A program made the position numbers and the translations under genes. Of a DNA stretch of 64,000 nt, positions 47,512 to 55,891 are shown in pieces. The notes under the pieces are model-generated. The model saw nothing but the letters and a program-made list of their open reading frames with translations. It had not been told where the DNA came from and ran no database searches. The DNA lies in the NCBI GenBank assembly GCA_963809895.1, contig CAWELD010000003.1, forward strand, positions 3,584,001 to 3,648,000, given 5' to 3'. Numbering within the stretch: position 1 is the stretch's first letter; every line of letters starts with the position of its first letter. Source of the stretch: an uncultured Gemmatimonadales bacterium (lineage in GTDB: Bacteria; Gemmatimonadota; Gemmatimonadetes; Longimicrobiales; Gaopeijiaceae).

Positions 47512-48870
47512 ATGAGGTTCTCTTCCGTTGGAACGGCAGTGCTCGCGGTCTTCGCCATGGCGAGTTGCGTGGATCGTGATGTTCCCACTCAACCCACCTC
47601 CTCAAACGCCCCCGAATCCCTGAGCGAGCTTGTGCTTCGCGCCGAGACAGGCCGTACGCCCTATCTCGATGAGGAGTGGCGACAAGTCGCGGACCTTGTT
47701 CCAGGATTCGCGGGCGTCATGTTGGACGATCAGGGTCTTCCAGTGGTCATGGTAAGCTCCGACCGGGACGCACCCGCGGCTCGAGCGTACGCCGCCGCCG
47801 CATATCATGGCGCAACGGGGCGTGATGCGCCTTCCGTGTCCGTGAAGGAGGTAAAGTACTCCTACAGATCCTTGGACGGATGGCGGCGTAGCATTCTGAA
47901 TCTCCGACCCGAAGGACTCGTAATGCTCGATGTTGACGAGGCTCGAAACCAAATCGAGCTCGGAATCGCCGAACCTGACGAGTCGCTGCTCGCTTCCATC
48001 TCGGGAACACTTGGGATTCCGGCCGACGCGATCCACAGTCGTGTGCTAAGGGGCAATCCTGATCGAGCATTGCTCACCGGCTCGGGGGGAGGGGTTGGCG
48101 GGACGGCAGTCTACAGACGTGTGGGAGTTGACAGCGTCCTCCCCGCGACGCTCACGTTCACCGCCCGGTGGGTGGATCACGACAGCGCTCATGTCTTCGT
48201 CACAGCGAGCCATGCATCTCTGTTGCTCTTCCAGACGGATACGACCCTATTTGAGCAGCGCAACCAGTCCTCCCTGAGTTACGACGCCGGCAGAGAAGTC
48301 TATGATCCTACGTATTACGCCGTTGGGACTACATGTTCCGGCGGCTTCTTTCTCTGTCGAGGTGCGGATGCTACGCTCGTCGGCCATGACAACGACACCA
48401 TCCCTGACACTCTTGGGATTGTATATCGCACAACCTCGGTCGGCATCGGCTCAGCCGGGTCGAAGACCATCGCATCAACCGATCCCAAGTTCACAATCCT
48501 CGACGTTCTGACTTCCCACTCCCAGCTGTACGTCAATGCGTGGATGGACAAGGTCGGGCAAAAGACGGGCTGGACCCGCGGCAAGATCACACGTACATGC
48601 TTCGACGTTATCGCGCCAAAGGGCCTATACTGTCAGTACGAATCCGCTACCTACTCCGATGTCGGTGACAGCGGCTCCCCCATGTTCGTTTCTTACAACG
48701 GCCGGGATGCCGGCATACCAGACGGAGGACCCTATATTCGTCTCATGGGGATCTTATGGGGTGGAGTACCTGGTGTACCCGACACTTCATTCTTCAGTCC
48801 TTACGACGGTATCGAGAACGATCTCGGGGATCTGGCTGTTTGTATCGACTACGCGGCGGCGGGTTGCTAG
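47512..48870 (+). CDS. Lipoprotein S1 (trypsin-like) serine protease with N-terminal pro-region
   Basis: Lipobox AMASC; VTASH (His), DATLV (Asp), GDSGSP (Ser); visibly lower GC than flanks. Confidence 0.78.
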   Translation: MRFSSVGTAVLAVFAMASCVDRDVPTQPTSSNAPESLSELVLRAETGRTPYLDEEWRQVADLVPGFAGVMLDDQGLPVVMVSSDRDAPAARAYAAAAYHGATGRDAPSVSVKEVKYSYRSLDGWRRSILNLRPEGLVMLDVDEARNQIELGIAEPDESLLASISGTLGIPADAIHSRVLRGNPDRALLTGSGGGVGGTAVYRRVGVDSVLPATLTFTARWVDHDSAHVFVTASHASLLLFQTDTTLFEQRNQSSLSYDAGREVYDPTYYAVGTTCSGGFFLCRGADATLVGHDNDTIPDTLGIVYRTTSVGIGSAGSKTIASTDPKFTILDVLTSHSQLYVNAWMDKVGQKTGWTRGKITRTCFDVIAPKGLYCQYESATYSDVGDSGSPMFVSYNGRDAGIPDGGPYIRLMGILWGGVPGVPDTSFFSPYDGIENDLGDLAVCIDYAAAGC

Positions 48871-48872
48871 GG

Positions 48873-49424
48873 ATGAGGTGGAATAGTCTCACTGCATTCG
48901 GGCTTCTTGTCTGTAGCACGTGGGGGTGCGGTGAATCCCCGGTTGCGCTGGGTCGAGATGAGGATGCGCCCGTGCAAACTCGTGCTCTGTCGTATGATCT
49001 TGCGGTCTACTTTCTTGACGCCGGTGGGGCCTTGGTGAGCAGCGACACGATCGAGTATGAGTATCGCAATCCTACGGATGGGCCGCGGGAAGTCCGATTC
49101 TGTTCCACGCCGTGGGTTACGCTCGAGCGGCTCTCGGACGAGGGCGTATGGCACGTGGTTTGGGTTGGTGAAGAGGTGGATCGCGGGAGCGGCGGTTGCG
49201 AGGGCCCGGTGGAAGTTGGGCCAGGGGAGACGATCTCCGCCACCGCCGTAATTCGAGGCGGAACTCCTGGTACAAACATATACCCGGTCTACTCCGCGGA
49301 CGAATTTGGGGGTATCTACCGTCTCGTATTGCGTCGCGTGTTCGATGGAAGCATCGAGGTTTCGGGAGGAGAGGTGACCAGCAACCGCTTCATTCTCACT
49401 CCCGAATCAAAAGACCCTCCGTAA
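48873..49424 (+). CDS. Hypothetical lipoprotein, Ig-like beta-sandwich (copy 1)
   Basis: MRWNSLTAFGLLVCSTWGC signal/lipobox; YRNPTD..FC..C..VGPGETI..GIYRLV; 2 nt after the protease stop. Confidence 0.75.
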   Translation: MRWNSLTAFGLLVCSTWGCGESPVALGRDEDAPVQTRALSYDLAVYFLDAGGALVSSDTIEYEYRNPTDGPREVRFCSTPWVTLERLSDEGVWHVVWVGEEVDRGSGGCEGPVEVGPGETISATAVIRGGTPGTNIYPVYSADEFGGIYRLVLRRVFDGSIEVSGGEVTSNRFILTPESKDPP

Positions 49425-49528
49425 GAGCGTCATCGGCCACAGGCCGCCCCGGCGCACGGTAGCGGCTACGGTCATGGCACAATTCTATCGGGACCGGAAC
49501 AGACCACGACGCCGCACAACGCCGCATC

Positions 49529-49570
49529 GACTCCCCCCATCTCGTCATGCACTCTGAGATGGGGGGAGTC
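49529..49570. other. Perfect 15-bp stem-loop
   Basis: GACTCCCCCCATCTC-12 nt-GAGATGGGGGGAGTC. Confidence 0.8.
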
Positions 49571-49572
49571 CT

Positions 49573-49613
49573 GCCCTGGGGGTTGTTACGAGGCGGGGAG
49601 GGAAGGCTCCTGA
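49573..49613 (+). pseudogene. Second, shorter IS110 transposase fragment
   Basis: GGTTGTTACGAGGCGGGGAGGGAAGGCTCCTG (GCYEAGREGS*), near-identical to ~47250-47282. Confidence 0.65.
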
Positions 49614-49701
49614 CAATTCCGAAGCATTGCGTGGAGTCTGGGCGCAGCTTAACATGAAATACCCCCCTCCACCTCTTGTGGAGGTACCGATGAGGTTCTC
49701 T

Positions 49702-51103
49702 GGTTCCTCGACGTTTCACGTGGGTAACGCAAAGTCGAGGTCAGCGGCGAGCAGGTAGGCCATGTTGAGGAGGTTGCGGGTCGTGCGATAGCCGCGAGCG
49801 CGTGCTTTGGTGGCCTGAAGCAGGCTGTTGATGCCCTCGAGGACGCCGTTGTTGATTTCGGAGAAGTACCAGCGCATGAGGCCGGCGCGGTGATCCCAAA
49901 GCGTCTTGGCGAGCCTACGCATGGAGGCCAGCTTGCTCCGCTTCGCCCAAGCGCACCACTTGCGCAGGAACTCCTCGGCAAACGAGGGCGGAAGGGTCCA
50001 GAACTCGTCCATGAAGGACAGCTTCATCTGATACGCCTTCGCCGTGTGGAGCCCCTGGGCGCTGGGCTGGAGCAAGTCGGCCAACTGCTCGGCCTGGCGC
50101 TTCGTCAGCTTCTCCCGGCGCTTCATCCACAGCCAGCGCGTCTTCTTCAGCTCCGCCCTGTCTTTCTGCTCGCCTCGGCGCACCTCGTCGATGGCCTGGT
50201 TGAGGAGCTTGACCACATGGAAGCGGTCGAACGTCACCTCCGCCAGCGGGAAGTGCAGCGCCGCCCCGAGCTGGAACGCTGCCGACATGTCCATGCTCCA
50301 CTCTCGGATCTGCTCCGGCACGCCGCCATGCTGCATCAGGTCCAGGCGGAAGGCCCCGAAGACCTTGGCGTCCTTGCCCTCCGTGCCGAACAGCAGCCTC
50401 GATCGGTCGAGGTCCACGAACAGGCTCACGTACTGGTGGCCCCGCTTGCTCGCCGTCTCGTCCACCCCCACGTGCCGGACCTCCGAGAAGTCCTGCGCCG
50501 CCCGCGCCTGGCTCACGTAGTGGTCGAGGATCCGCCACAGCCGCTTGTCTGTCTCACCCACCAGCGCGCCCACTGCCTTCACCGGCATCTGTTTTACCAT
50601 CGCCAGCACGAGCGCTTCGAACAGCAGCGTGAACCCGCTCCCCGGCCTGGCCCACGGCACCCGCACCTGCTTGATGCCGCAGCGCCTGCACTCCACCCTC
50701 GGGACCGGCGCATGCAGGTAGGCTTCGTGCTGAAAGAAGTTCAGGTGCCGCCACTGCTTGTCCCTTGTGTCGTAGGCCGGGCATCTGCCCCACCCGCATT
50801 CAGGGCATTCGAACCGCGCGCCTCGCTCGAAGCCCAGGTAGAGGTCCAGTCGCCGCGCCGAAGTGTCGAACTCTGTTCGCTCCACCCGCCACGGCTCCCT
50901 CAGACCCAGCGCCTGCTGGAACAGGTCCACGTCGCGCATCGTCGCCCCTCTCCGGCTCCCCAACCCATGATCTCCTTGCACGATCCGGGGAGCTCTATCG
51001 CGAAAGGGGCGCCCCCATACGGGGCACCCCCTGCTTCTATCGATCCCGAGCCACTTCCGCAATCGCCCCCTATTCAGCTACCCATCCAAAACGTCGAGGA
51101 ACC
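49702..51103 (-). mobile_element. ISL3-family insertion sequence (1402 bp)
   Basis: Terminal IRs GGTTCCTCGACGTTT / AAACGTCGAGGAACC; flanking direct repeat TGAGGTTCTCT (49691-49701 and 51104-51114). Confidence 0.93.
49716..50939 (-). CDS. ISL3 family transposase
   Basis: CPECG zinc finger, WRHLNFFQ, VPWARPGSGFT, GVDET, SMDMS, FDRFHV, NGVLEGIN, ARGYR. Confidence 0.95.
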   Translation of the reverse strand: MRDVDLFQQALGLREPWRVERTEFDTSARRLDLYLGFERGARFECPECGWGRCPAYDTRDKQWRHLNFFQHEAYLHAPVPRVECRRCGIKQVRVPWARPGSGFTLLFEALVLAMVKQMPVKAVGALVGETDKRLWRILDHYVSQARAAQDFSEVRHVGVDETASKRGHQYVSLFVDLDRSRLLFGTEGKDAKVFGAFRLDLMQHGGVPEQIREWSMDMSAAFQLGAALHFPLAEVTFDRFHVVKLLNQAIDEVRRGEQKDRAELKKTRWLWMKRREKLTKRQAEQLADLLQPSAQGLHTAKAYQMKLSFMDEFWTLPPSFAEEFLRKWCAWAKRSKLASMRRLAKTLWDHRAGLMRWYFSEINNGVLEGINSLLQATKARARGYRTTRNLLNMAYLLAADLDFALPT

Positions 51104-51203
51104 TGAGGTTCTCTTCCGTTGGAACGGCAGTGCTCGCGGTCTTCGCCATGGCGAGTTGCGTGGAAGTTGTGTCAACTTGTTTCTGTAGAAGTGCCCGGGG
51201 AGG

Positions 51204-51740
51204 GTGGCCGAGGTTGAGGTGATGTTTGGTTCGCTCCCGGGGTGCGGTGAATCCCTGGTTGCGCTGGGTCGAGATGAGGATGCGCCCGTTCAGACCCAGG
51301 CTCTGTCATATGACCTGGACGTCTATTTCCTTGACGCGGGCGGGGCCTTCGTGCGCAGTGACACGATCGAGTATCAGTACCGCAATCCGACGGATGGGCC
51401 GCGGGAAGTCCGATTCTGTTCCACGCCGTGGGTTACGCTCGAGCGGCTCTCGGACGAGGGCGTATGGCACGTGGTTTGGGTTGGTGAAGAGGTGGATCGC
51501 GGGAGCGGCGGTTGCGAGGGCCCGGTGGAAGTTGGGCCAGGGGAGACGATCTCCGCCACCGCCGTAATTCAAGGCGGGACTCCCGGTACGAAGACATACC
51601 CGGTCTACTCCGCGGACGAATTTGGGGGTATCTACCGTCTCGTATTGCGTCGCGTGTTCGATGGAAGCATCGAGGTTTCGGGAGGAGAGGTGACCAGCAA
51701 CCGCTTCATTCTCACTCCCGAATCAAAAGACCCTCCGTAA
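51204..51740 (+). CDS. Second copy of the hypothetical lipoprotein, signal peptide lost or altered
   Basis: From GCGES onward nearly identical to 48873..49424. Confidence 0.7.
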   Translation: MAEVEVMFGSLPGCGESLVALGRDEDAPVQTQALSYDLDVYFLDAGGAFVRSDTIEYQYRNPTDGPREVRFCSTPWVTLERLSDEGVWHVVWVGEEVDRGSGGCEGPVEVGPGETISATAVIQGGTPGTKTYPVYSADEFGGIYRLVLRRVFDGSIEVSGGEVTSNRFILTPESKDPP

Positions 51741-51793
51741 GAGCGTCATCGGCCGCAGGCCGCCCCGCGCGGCGCTATGAGACGGCGCTGCCC

Positions 51794-53407
51794 TCATCCC
51801 CCCACCGGCTCCAGGTCCTCGGACCACAGCCGGGTGCCCTCGATGTCGTGGAGCGACATGGTGAGGACCCGCGTCGTGGGATCGGCTTCGAGCACGCCGA
51901 AGAACTGGAAGCCGGCGCTGGGCGGGCGATTGGGCTTCATCCCCTCGGGGATCGCGAGGAAGCGCACCTCGGGGCCGAAGGTGTGGTCCAGGGTGTTGGG
52001 GCCGTAGGTGCCGGCGTTCATGGGGCCGGCCACCAGCTCCCAGAAGGGATCGAAATCGGTGAAGGCGGCGCGCTCGGGTGAGTAGTGGTGCGCCGCACCG
52101 TAGTGCACGTCGGCGGTGATCCAGATGGTGTTGTGGATGCCCTCGCGCTTCATGAAGCTCAGGAGTTGAGCCAGCTCCAGCTCGCGGCCCAGCGGCACGC
52201 CGTCGTCGCCGTTGGCCCAGGCCTCGAAGGCGGGCTGGCCGTTGCGCGGATAATCCTGCACGATCAGGCCCAGCGGCAGGTCGGTGGCGATGATCTTCCA
52301 GGTGGCCTGGCTGGCGCGGAGCGCCTCCTTCAACCAGGCGAACTGCGGATCGCCCAGCATCGTGGTGCTGGCGTCGCGCACCGTCTGCCGGCCCGACGAG
52401 TTGGGACCCCGGTAGCTCCGCAGATCGAGCATGAAGACCTCGACCAGGTCGCCGTACACCCGGCTCCGGTAGATGCGCTCGGCGTCGTCGGGACTGCGGC
52501 GGATGGGCACGAACTCGAAGAGCGCCTGCCGCGCGCGGGCCGCCAGCAGATCGGCGTTCCTCTCCGTGTAGCGGTCGTCCTGCGACAGATCCATCCCCGG
52601 GAACCAGTTGTTCATGACCTCGTGGTCGTCCCACTGGGCGATCATGGGGATCTCGGCGTTGAAGCGCCGCGCGTTGTCGTCCAGCAGGTTGTAGGCGAAG
52701 CAGCCCCGGAAGTCGTCCAGCGTCTCGGCGACCTTCGACTTGGCCTCGGTCATGAGGTTGCGCCAGATGGTGCCGTCGTCCAACTCGACCTCGGGCTCCA
52801 GCGGTTGATCGGCGTAGATGATGTCGCCGGAGTGGATGAAGGCGTCCAGATCGGCCTGGCGCATGGCCTCGAAGATGCGCATGCCGCCGCGGTCCCGGTC
52901 GATGCCCCATCCCTGCCCGACCTCGTCGGCGGACCACGCCAGGCGCACCCGCCGGCTCGGCCGCGTGCCGGGTGCCGGAGCGGTCCGCAGCCGTCCCAGC
53001 GCGGGCTCGCTGAAGGTGCCGGGATCCTCCAGGCTCTCGAAGCGCACCCGGTAGAAGACGTCGGCCTCGGCCGGCAGATCGCTGAGATCGACGGCGGCGG
53101 TGAAGGCGCCGTTCTCGATGGCGGCGGGCCCACGCACGGTGCGTGCCCCGGTGAGGCGCTCGTTGGTGGCCCAGTCCACCCACATGCGCGCGGGGCGGTC
53201 GGCCCGGCTCCACACCACGGCCCTGGAGCTCGTGGGATCCCCGCTCTGGATCCCGCTGGGGAACGTGGGCTGGAACTGACTCGAGCGCAGAATGGCGGGG
53301 GCGCCGTCGGAGGGCAGCCACAGCCGCTTGCGGCCGGTGACGAGCCCGGCGCCGGCGGCCAGCGAGACACCCAGGAAGCCGCGGCGGGACAGGGATTCAG
53401 ACGACAT
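51794..53407 (-). CDS. phoD: Alkaline phosphatase D family, Tat-exported
   Basis: SRRGFL Tat motif; SGDP, HSGDIIYAD, WDDHEV.NN, LDLRSYR, TADVHY. Confidence 0.92.
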   Translation of the reverse strand: MSSESLSRRGFLGVSLAAGAGLVTGRKRLWLPSDGAPAILRSSQFQPTFPSGIQSGDPTSSRAVVWSRADRPARMWVDWATNERLTGARTVRGPAAIENGAFTAAVDLSDLPAEADVFYRVRFESLEDPGTFSEPALGRLRTAPAPGTRPSRRVRLAWSADEVGQGWGIDRDRGGMRIFEAMRQADLDAFIHSGDIIYADQPLEPEVELDDGTIWRNLMTEAKSKVAETLDDFRGCFAYNLLDDNARRFNAEIPMIAQWDDHEVMNNWFPGMDLSQDDRYTERNADLLAARARQALFEFVPIRRSPDDAERIYRSRVYGDLVEVFMLDLRSYRGPNSSGRQTVRDASTTMLGDPQFAWLKEALRASQATWKIIATDLPLGLIVQDYPRNGQPAFEAWANGDDGVPLGRELELAQLLSFMKREGIHNTIWITADVHYGAAHHYSPERAAFTDFDPFWELVAGPMNAGTYGPNTLDHTFGPEVRFLAIPEGMKPNRPPSAGFQFFGVLEADPTTRVLTMSLHDIEGTRLWSEDLEPVGG

Positions 53408-53567
53408 GGCGATGCCTGCGCGGAGAAGGGGGATGGCAGGCTGCCGTGGGTCGGTCCCGGGCGGCCTCCGGTCCGGTCCCCGGCGGCCCCTCTCGTCGGT
53501 CGCCGGAGCGAGTTGAATGATGTATACTGTCGGTCCCGGAGCACAGCAAATCGAGGACGGGAATCCC

Positions 53568-55007
53568 ATGAACGGCGCGACCATCTTCATCGACGGCGAT
53601 TGGCGGGCCTCCGCCAACGAGGCGACCATCCCGGTGCTGAACCCGAGCACCGGCGAAACCTTCAGCGAGCTGTCCCGCGGCGGGCAGCAGGACGTGGACG
53701 ATGCGGTGCGGGCCGCGCGCCGCGCCTTCGAGACCCGCTGGTCCAGGACCTCACCGGTGGAGCGGGGGCGGATCCTCATGCGCATGTCGGCGCTGATCAA
53801 CGACAACCACGAGGAGCTGTCGCTGCTGGAGTGCCGCGACGTGGGCAAGCCACTGAGCCAGGCGAAGCGCGACATCTCGGCGGCGGCGCGCTACTGCGAG
53901 TATTACGGGGGCGCGGCCGACAAGCTCCACGGCGAGACGATCCCCTACGAGCCGGGCTACACGGTGCTGGCGCTGCGGGAGCCCTTCGGCGTCACCGGGC
54001 ACATCATCCCCTGGAACTATCCGGCGCAGATGTTCGGGCGCTCGGTCATCGCCTCCATCGCCGCGGGCAACGCCATCGTCATCAAGCCCGGCGAGGACGC
54101 CTGCATGAGCATCCTGCGCATGACCGAGCTGGCCAGCGAGGCGGGGCTCCCCGACGGCGTGCTCAACGTGGTCACGGGCTACGGCGAGGAGGCGGGCGCG
54201 GCGCTGGCCGGCCATCCCGACGTGGATCACATCTCGTTCACCGGCTCGCCGGCCACCGGCACCCGGGTGCAACAGGCGGCGGCGGTCTACAACCATCCCG
54301 CCACCATGGAGCTGGGCGGCAAGTCGCCGCAGATCGTCTTCGCCGACGCCGACCTGGAGGCCGCGCTCCCGCTCCTGCACAACGCCATCATCCAGAACGC
54401 CGGACAGACCTGCTCGGCCGGGAGCCGGCTGCTCATCGAGCAGAGCCGCTTCGACGAGGTGATGGAGGCGCTGTCGAGCCGCTTCGAGGGCACCCGCGTG
54501 GGCCCTGCCGAGGAGGATCCCGACTGCGGTCCACTGATCTCCGCCAAGCAGGCCGAGCGCGTGCGCTCCTTCCTGGACCGGGCCGAGGAGGCCTCGCTGA
54601 CGCTGGTGGCGGCGGCCGACGACGAGGCCGAGCGCAGGAACGGCGGCAACTACGTCGCCCCGCGCCTGTACGCGCCCGTCGAGCCTGACAACGAGCTGTC
54701 GCGCATGGAGATCTTCGGCCCGGTGCTGGTGGCCACGCCCTTCCAGGACGAGGCCGAAGCGGTGCGCATCGCCAACGACACCGACTACGGGCTGGTCACG
54801 GGACTCTGGACCCGCGACGGCGGCCGCCAGATGCGCGTGGCCAAGGCCATCAAGAGTGGCCAGGTGTTCGTGAACTGCTACGGCGCCGGAGGCGGGGTGG
54901 AGCTCCCCTTCGGCGGCATGAAGCGCTCCGGCTACGGACGCGAGAAGGGCATGGAAGGACTCAAGAGCTTCACGCAGATCAAGATGGTGGCACTGAACCA
55001 TGGCTGA
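53568..55007 (+). CDS. Aldehyde dehydrogenase
   Basis: IPWNYP, SFTGS, ELGGKSP, NAGQTCSAG, EIFGP, PFGGMKRSGYGREKG. Confidence 0.95.
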   Translation: MNGATIFIDGDWRASANEATIPVLNPSTGETFSELSRGGQQDVDDAVRAARRAFETRWSRTSPVERGRILMRMSALINDNHEELSLLECRDVGKPLSQAKRDISAAARYCEYYGGAADKLHGETIPYEPGYTVLALREPFGVTGHIIPWNYPAQMFGRSVIASIAAGNAIVIKPGEDACMSILRMTELASEAGLPDGVLNVVTGYGEEAGAALAGHPDVDHISFTGSPATGTRVQQAAAVYNHPATMELGGKSPQIVFADADLEAALPLLHNAIIQNAGQTCSAGSRLLIEQSRFDEVMEALSSRFEGTRVGPAEEDPDCGPLISAKQAERVRSFLDRAEEASLTLVAAADDEAERRNGGNYVAPRLYAPVEPDNELSRMEIFGPVLVATPFQDEAEAVRIANDTDYGLVTGLWTRDGGRQMRVAKAIKSGQVFVNCYGAGGGVELPFGGMKRSGYGREKGMEGLKSFTQIKMVALNHG

Positions 55008-55806
55008 GGGAGCACACGGCATGTTCGACCTGACGGACCGGGTGGTGGCGGTGATCGGCGCCGGCAGCGGCATCGGCGAAGCGGTGGCCCACGCGTGCGC
55101 CGAGCAGGGCGCCACGGTGGCGTGCCTGGACGTGGACGAGGCCGCCGCCCAGACGGTGGCCGACGCCATCACCGCCGCCGGCAGCGGCGCCGCCGAAGCG
55201 GGCCACATCGACATCACCGACGGCGTCGAGGTGCGGCGCGTCCTGGAGGGGATCGCCCAGCGCCACGGCCGCCTCGACGGCGTGGCGTGCACGCCCGGCG
55301 TCAACGTGCGCAAGCCCATCCTGGACTACGCCCCCGAGGAGTTCCAGAAGGTGGTGGACGTGAACCTCAAGGGGACCTTCCAGGTGCTCCAGGCCGCGGG
55401 CCGCATCATGAAGGAGGCCGGCCGCGGCAGCATCGTCCTGTTCGCCTCCATCCGGGCCGCCGTGGTCGAGCCGGGCCAGAGCGTGTACGCCTCCACCAAG
55501 GCCGGCATCGTCCAGCTCGCCCGCACCGCGGCCGCCGAGTGGGGCAAGGCCGGCGTGCGCGTGAACGCCATCGCGCCCGGCGTGGTGGAGACGCCGCTGA
55601 CCGCCCCCATCAAGGCCCACGCCGACTGGTACGGCGCCTACGCGGCCAAGAGCGCGCTGGGACGCTGGGCCCAGCCGAAGGAGATGGCCGGGCCCACGGC
55701 GTTCCTCATGTCCGACGCCGCCAGCTTCCTCACCGGCACCGTCCTGTTCGTGGACGGGGGATGGACGGCGGTGGACGGTCGCTTCCAGCCGCCGGGCATG
55801 GGGTGA
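55000..55806 (+). CDS. Short-chain dehydrogenase/reductase
   Basis: GAGSGIG, YASTK, VNAIAPG, VDGG. Confidence 0.93.
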   Translation: MAEGAHGMFDLTDRVVAVIGAGSGIGEAVAHACAEQGATVACLDVDEAAAQTVADAITAAGSGAAEAGHIDITDGVEVRRVLEGIAQRHGRLDGVACTPGVNVRKPILDYAPEEFQKVVDVNLKGTFQVLQAAGRIMKEAGRGSIVLFASIRAAVVEPGQSVYASTKAGIVQLARTAAAEWGKAGVRVNAIAPGVVETPLTAPIKAHADWYGAYAAKSALGRWAQPKEMAGPTAFLMSDAASFLTGTVLFVDGGWTAVDGRFQPPGMG

Positions 55807-55891
55807 GCGCGAGGCCGTCGATGGCGCCGGCCCGCGTCGGCTCGCCGCGTGACGCGGCCCCGCCGAGGGTCGCCGCGCCGCCCCGGGTTCC

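Larger units (their letters stand above)
49690..51165 (+). pseudogene. 5' remnant of a second S1 protease copy, interrupted by ISL3
   Basis: ATG at 49690, IS, then 51104-51163 matches the start of the 47512 gene (RFSSVGTAVLAVFAMASCV); rest of the gene absent. Confidence 0.8.
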
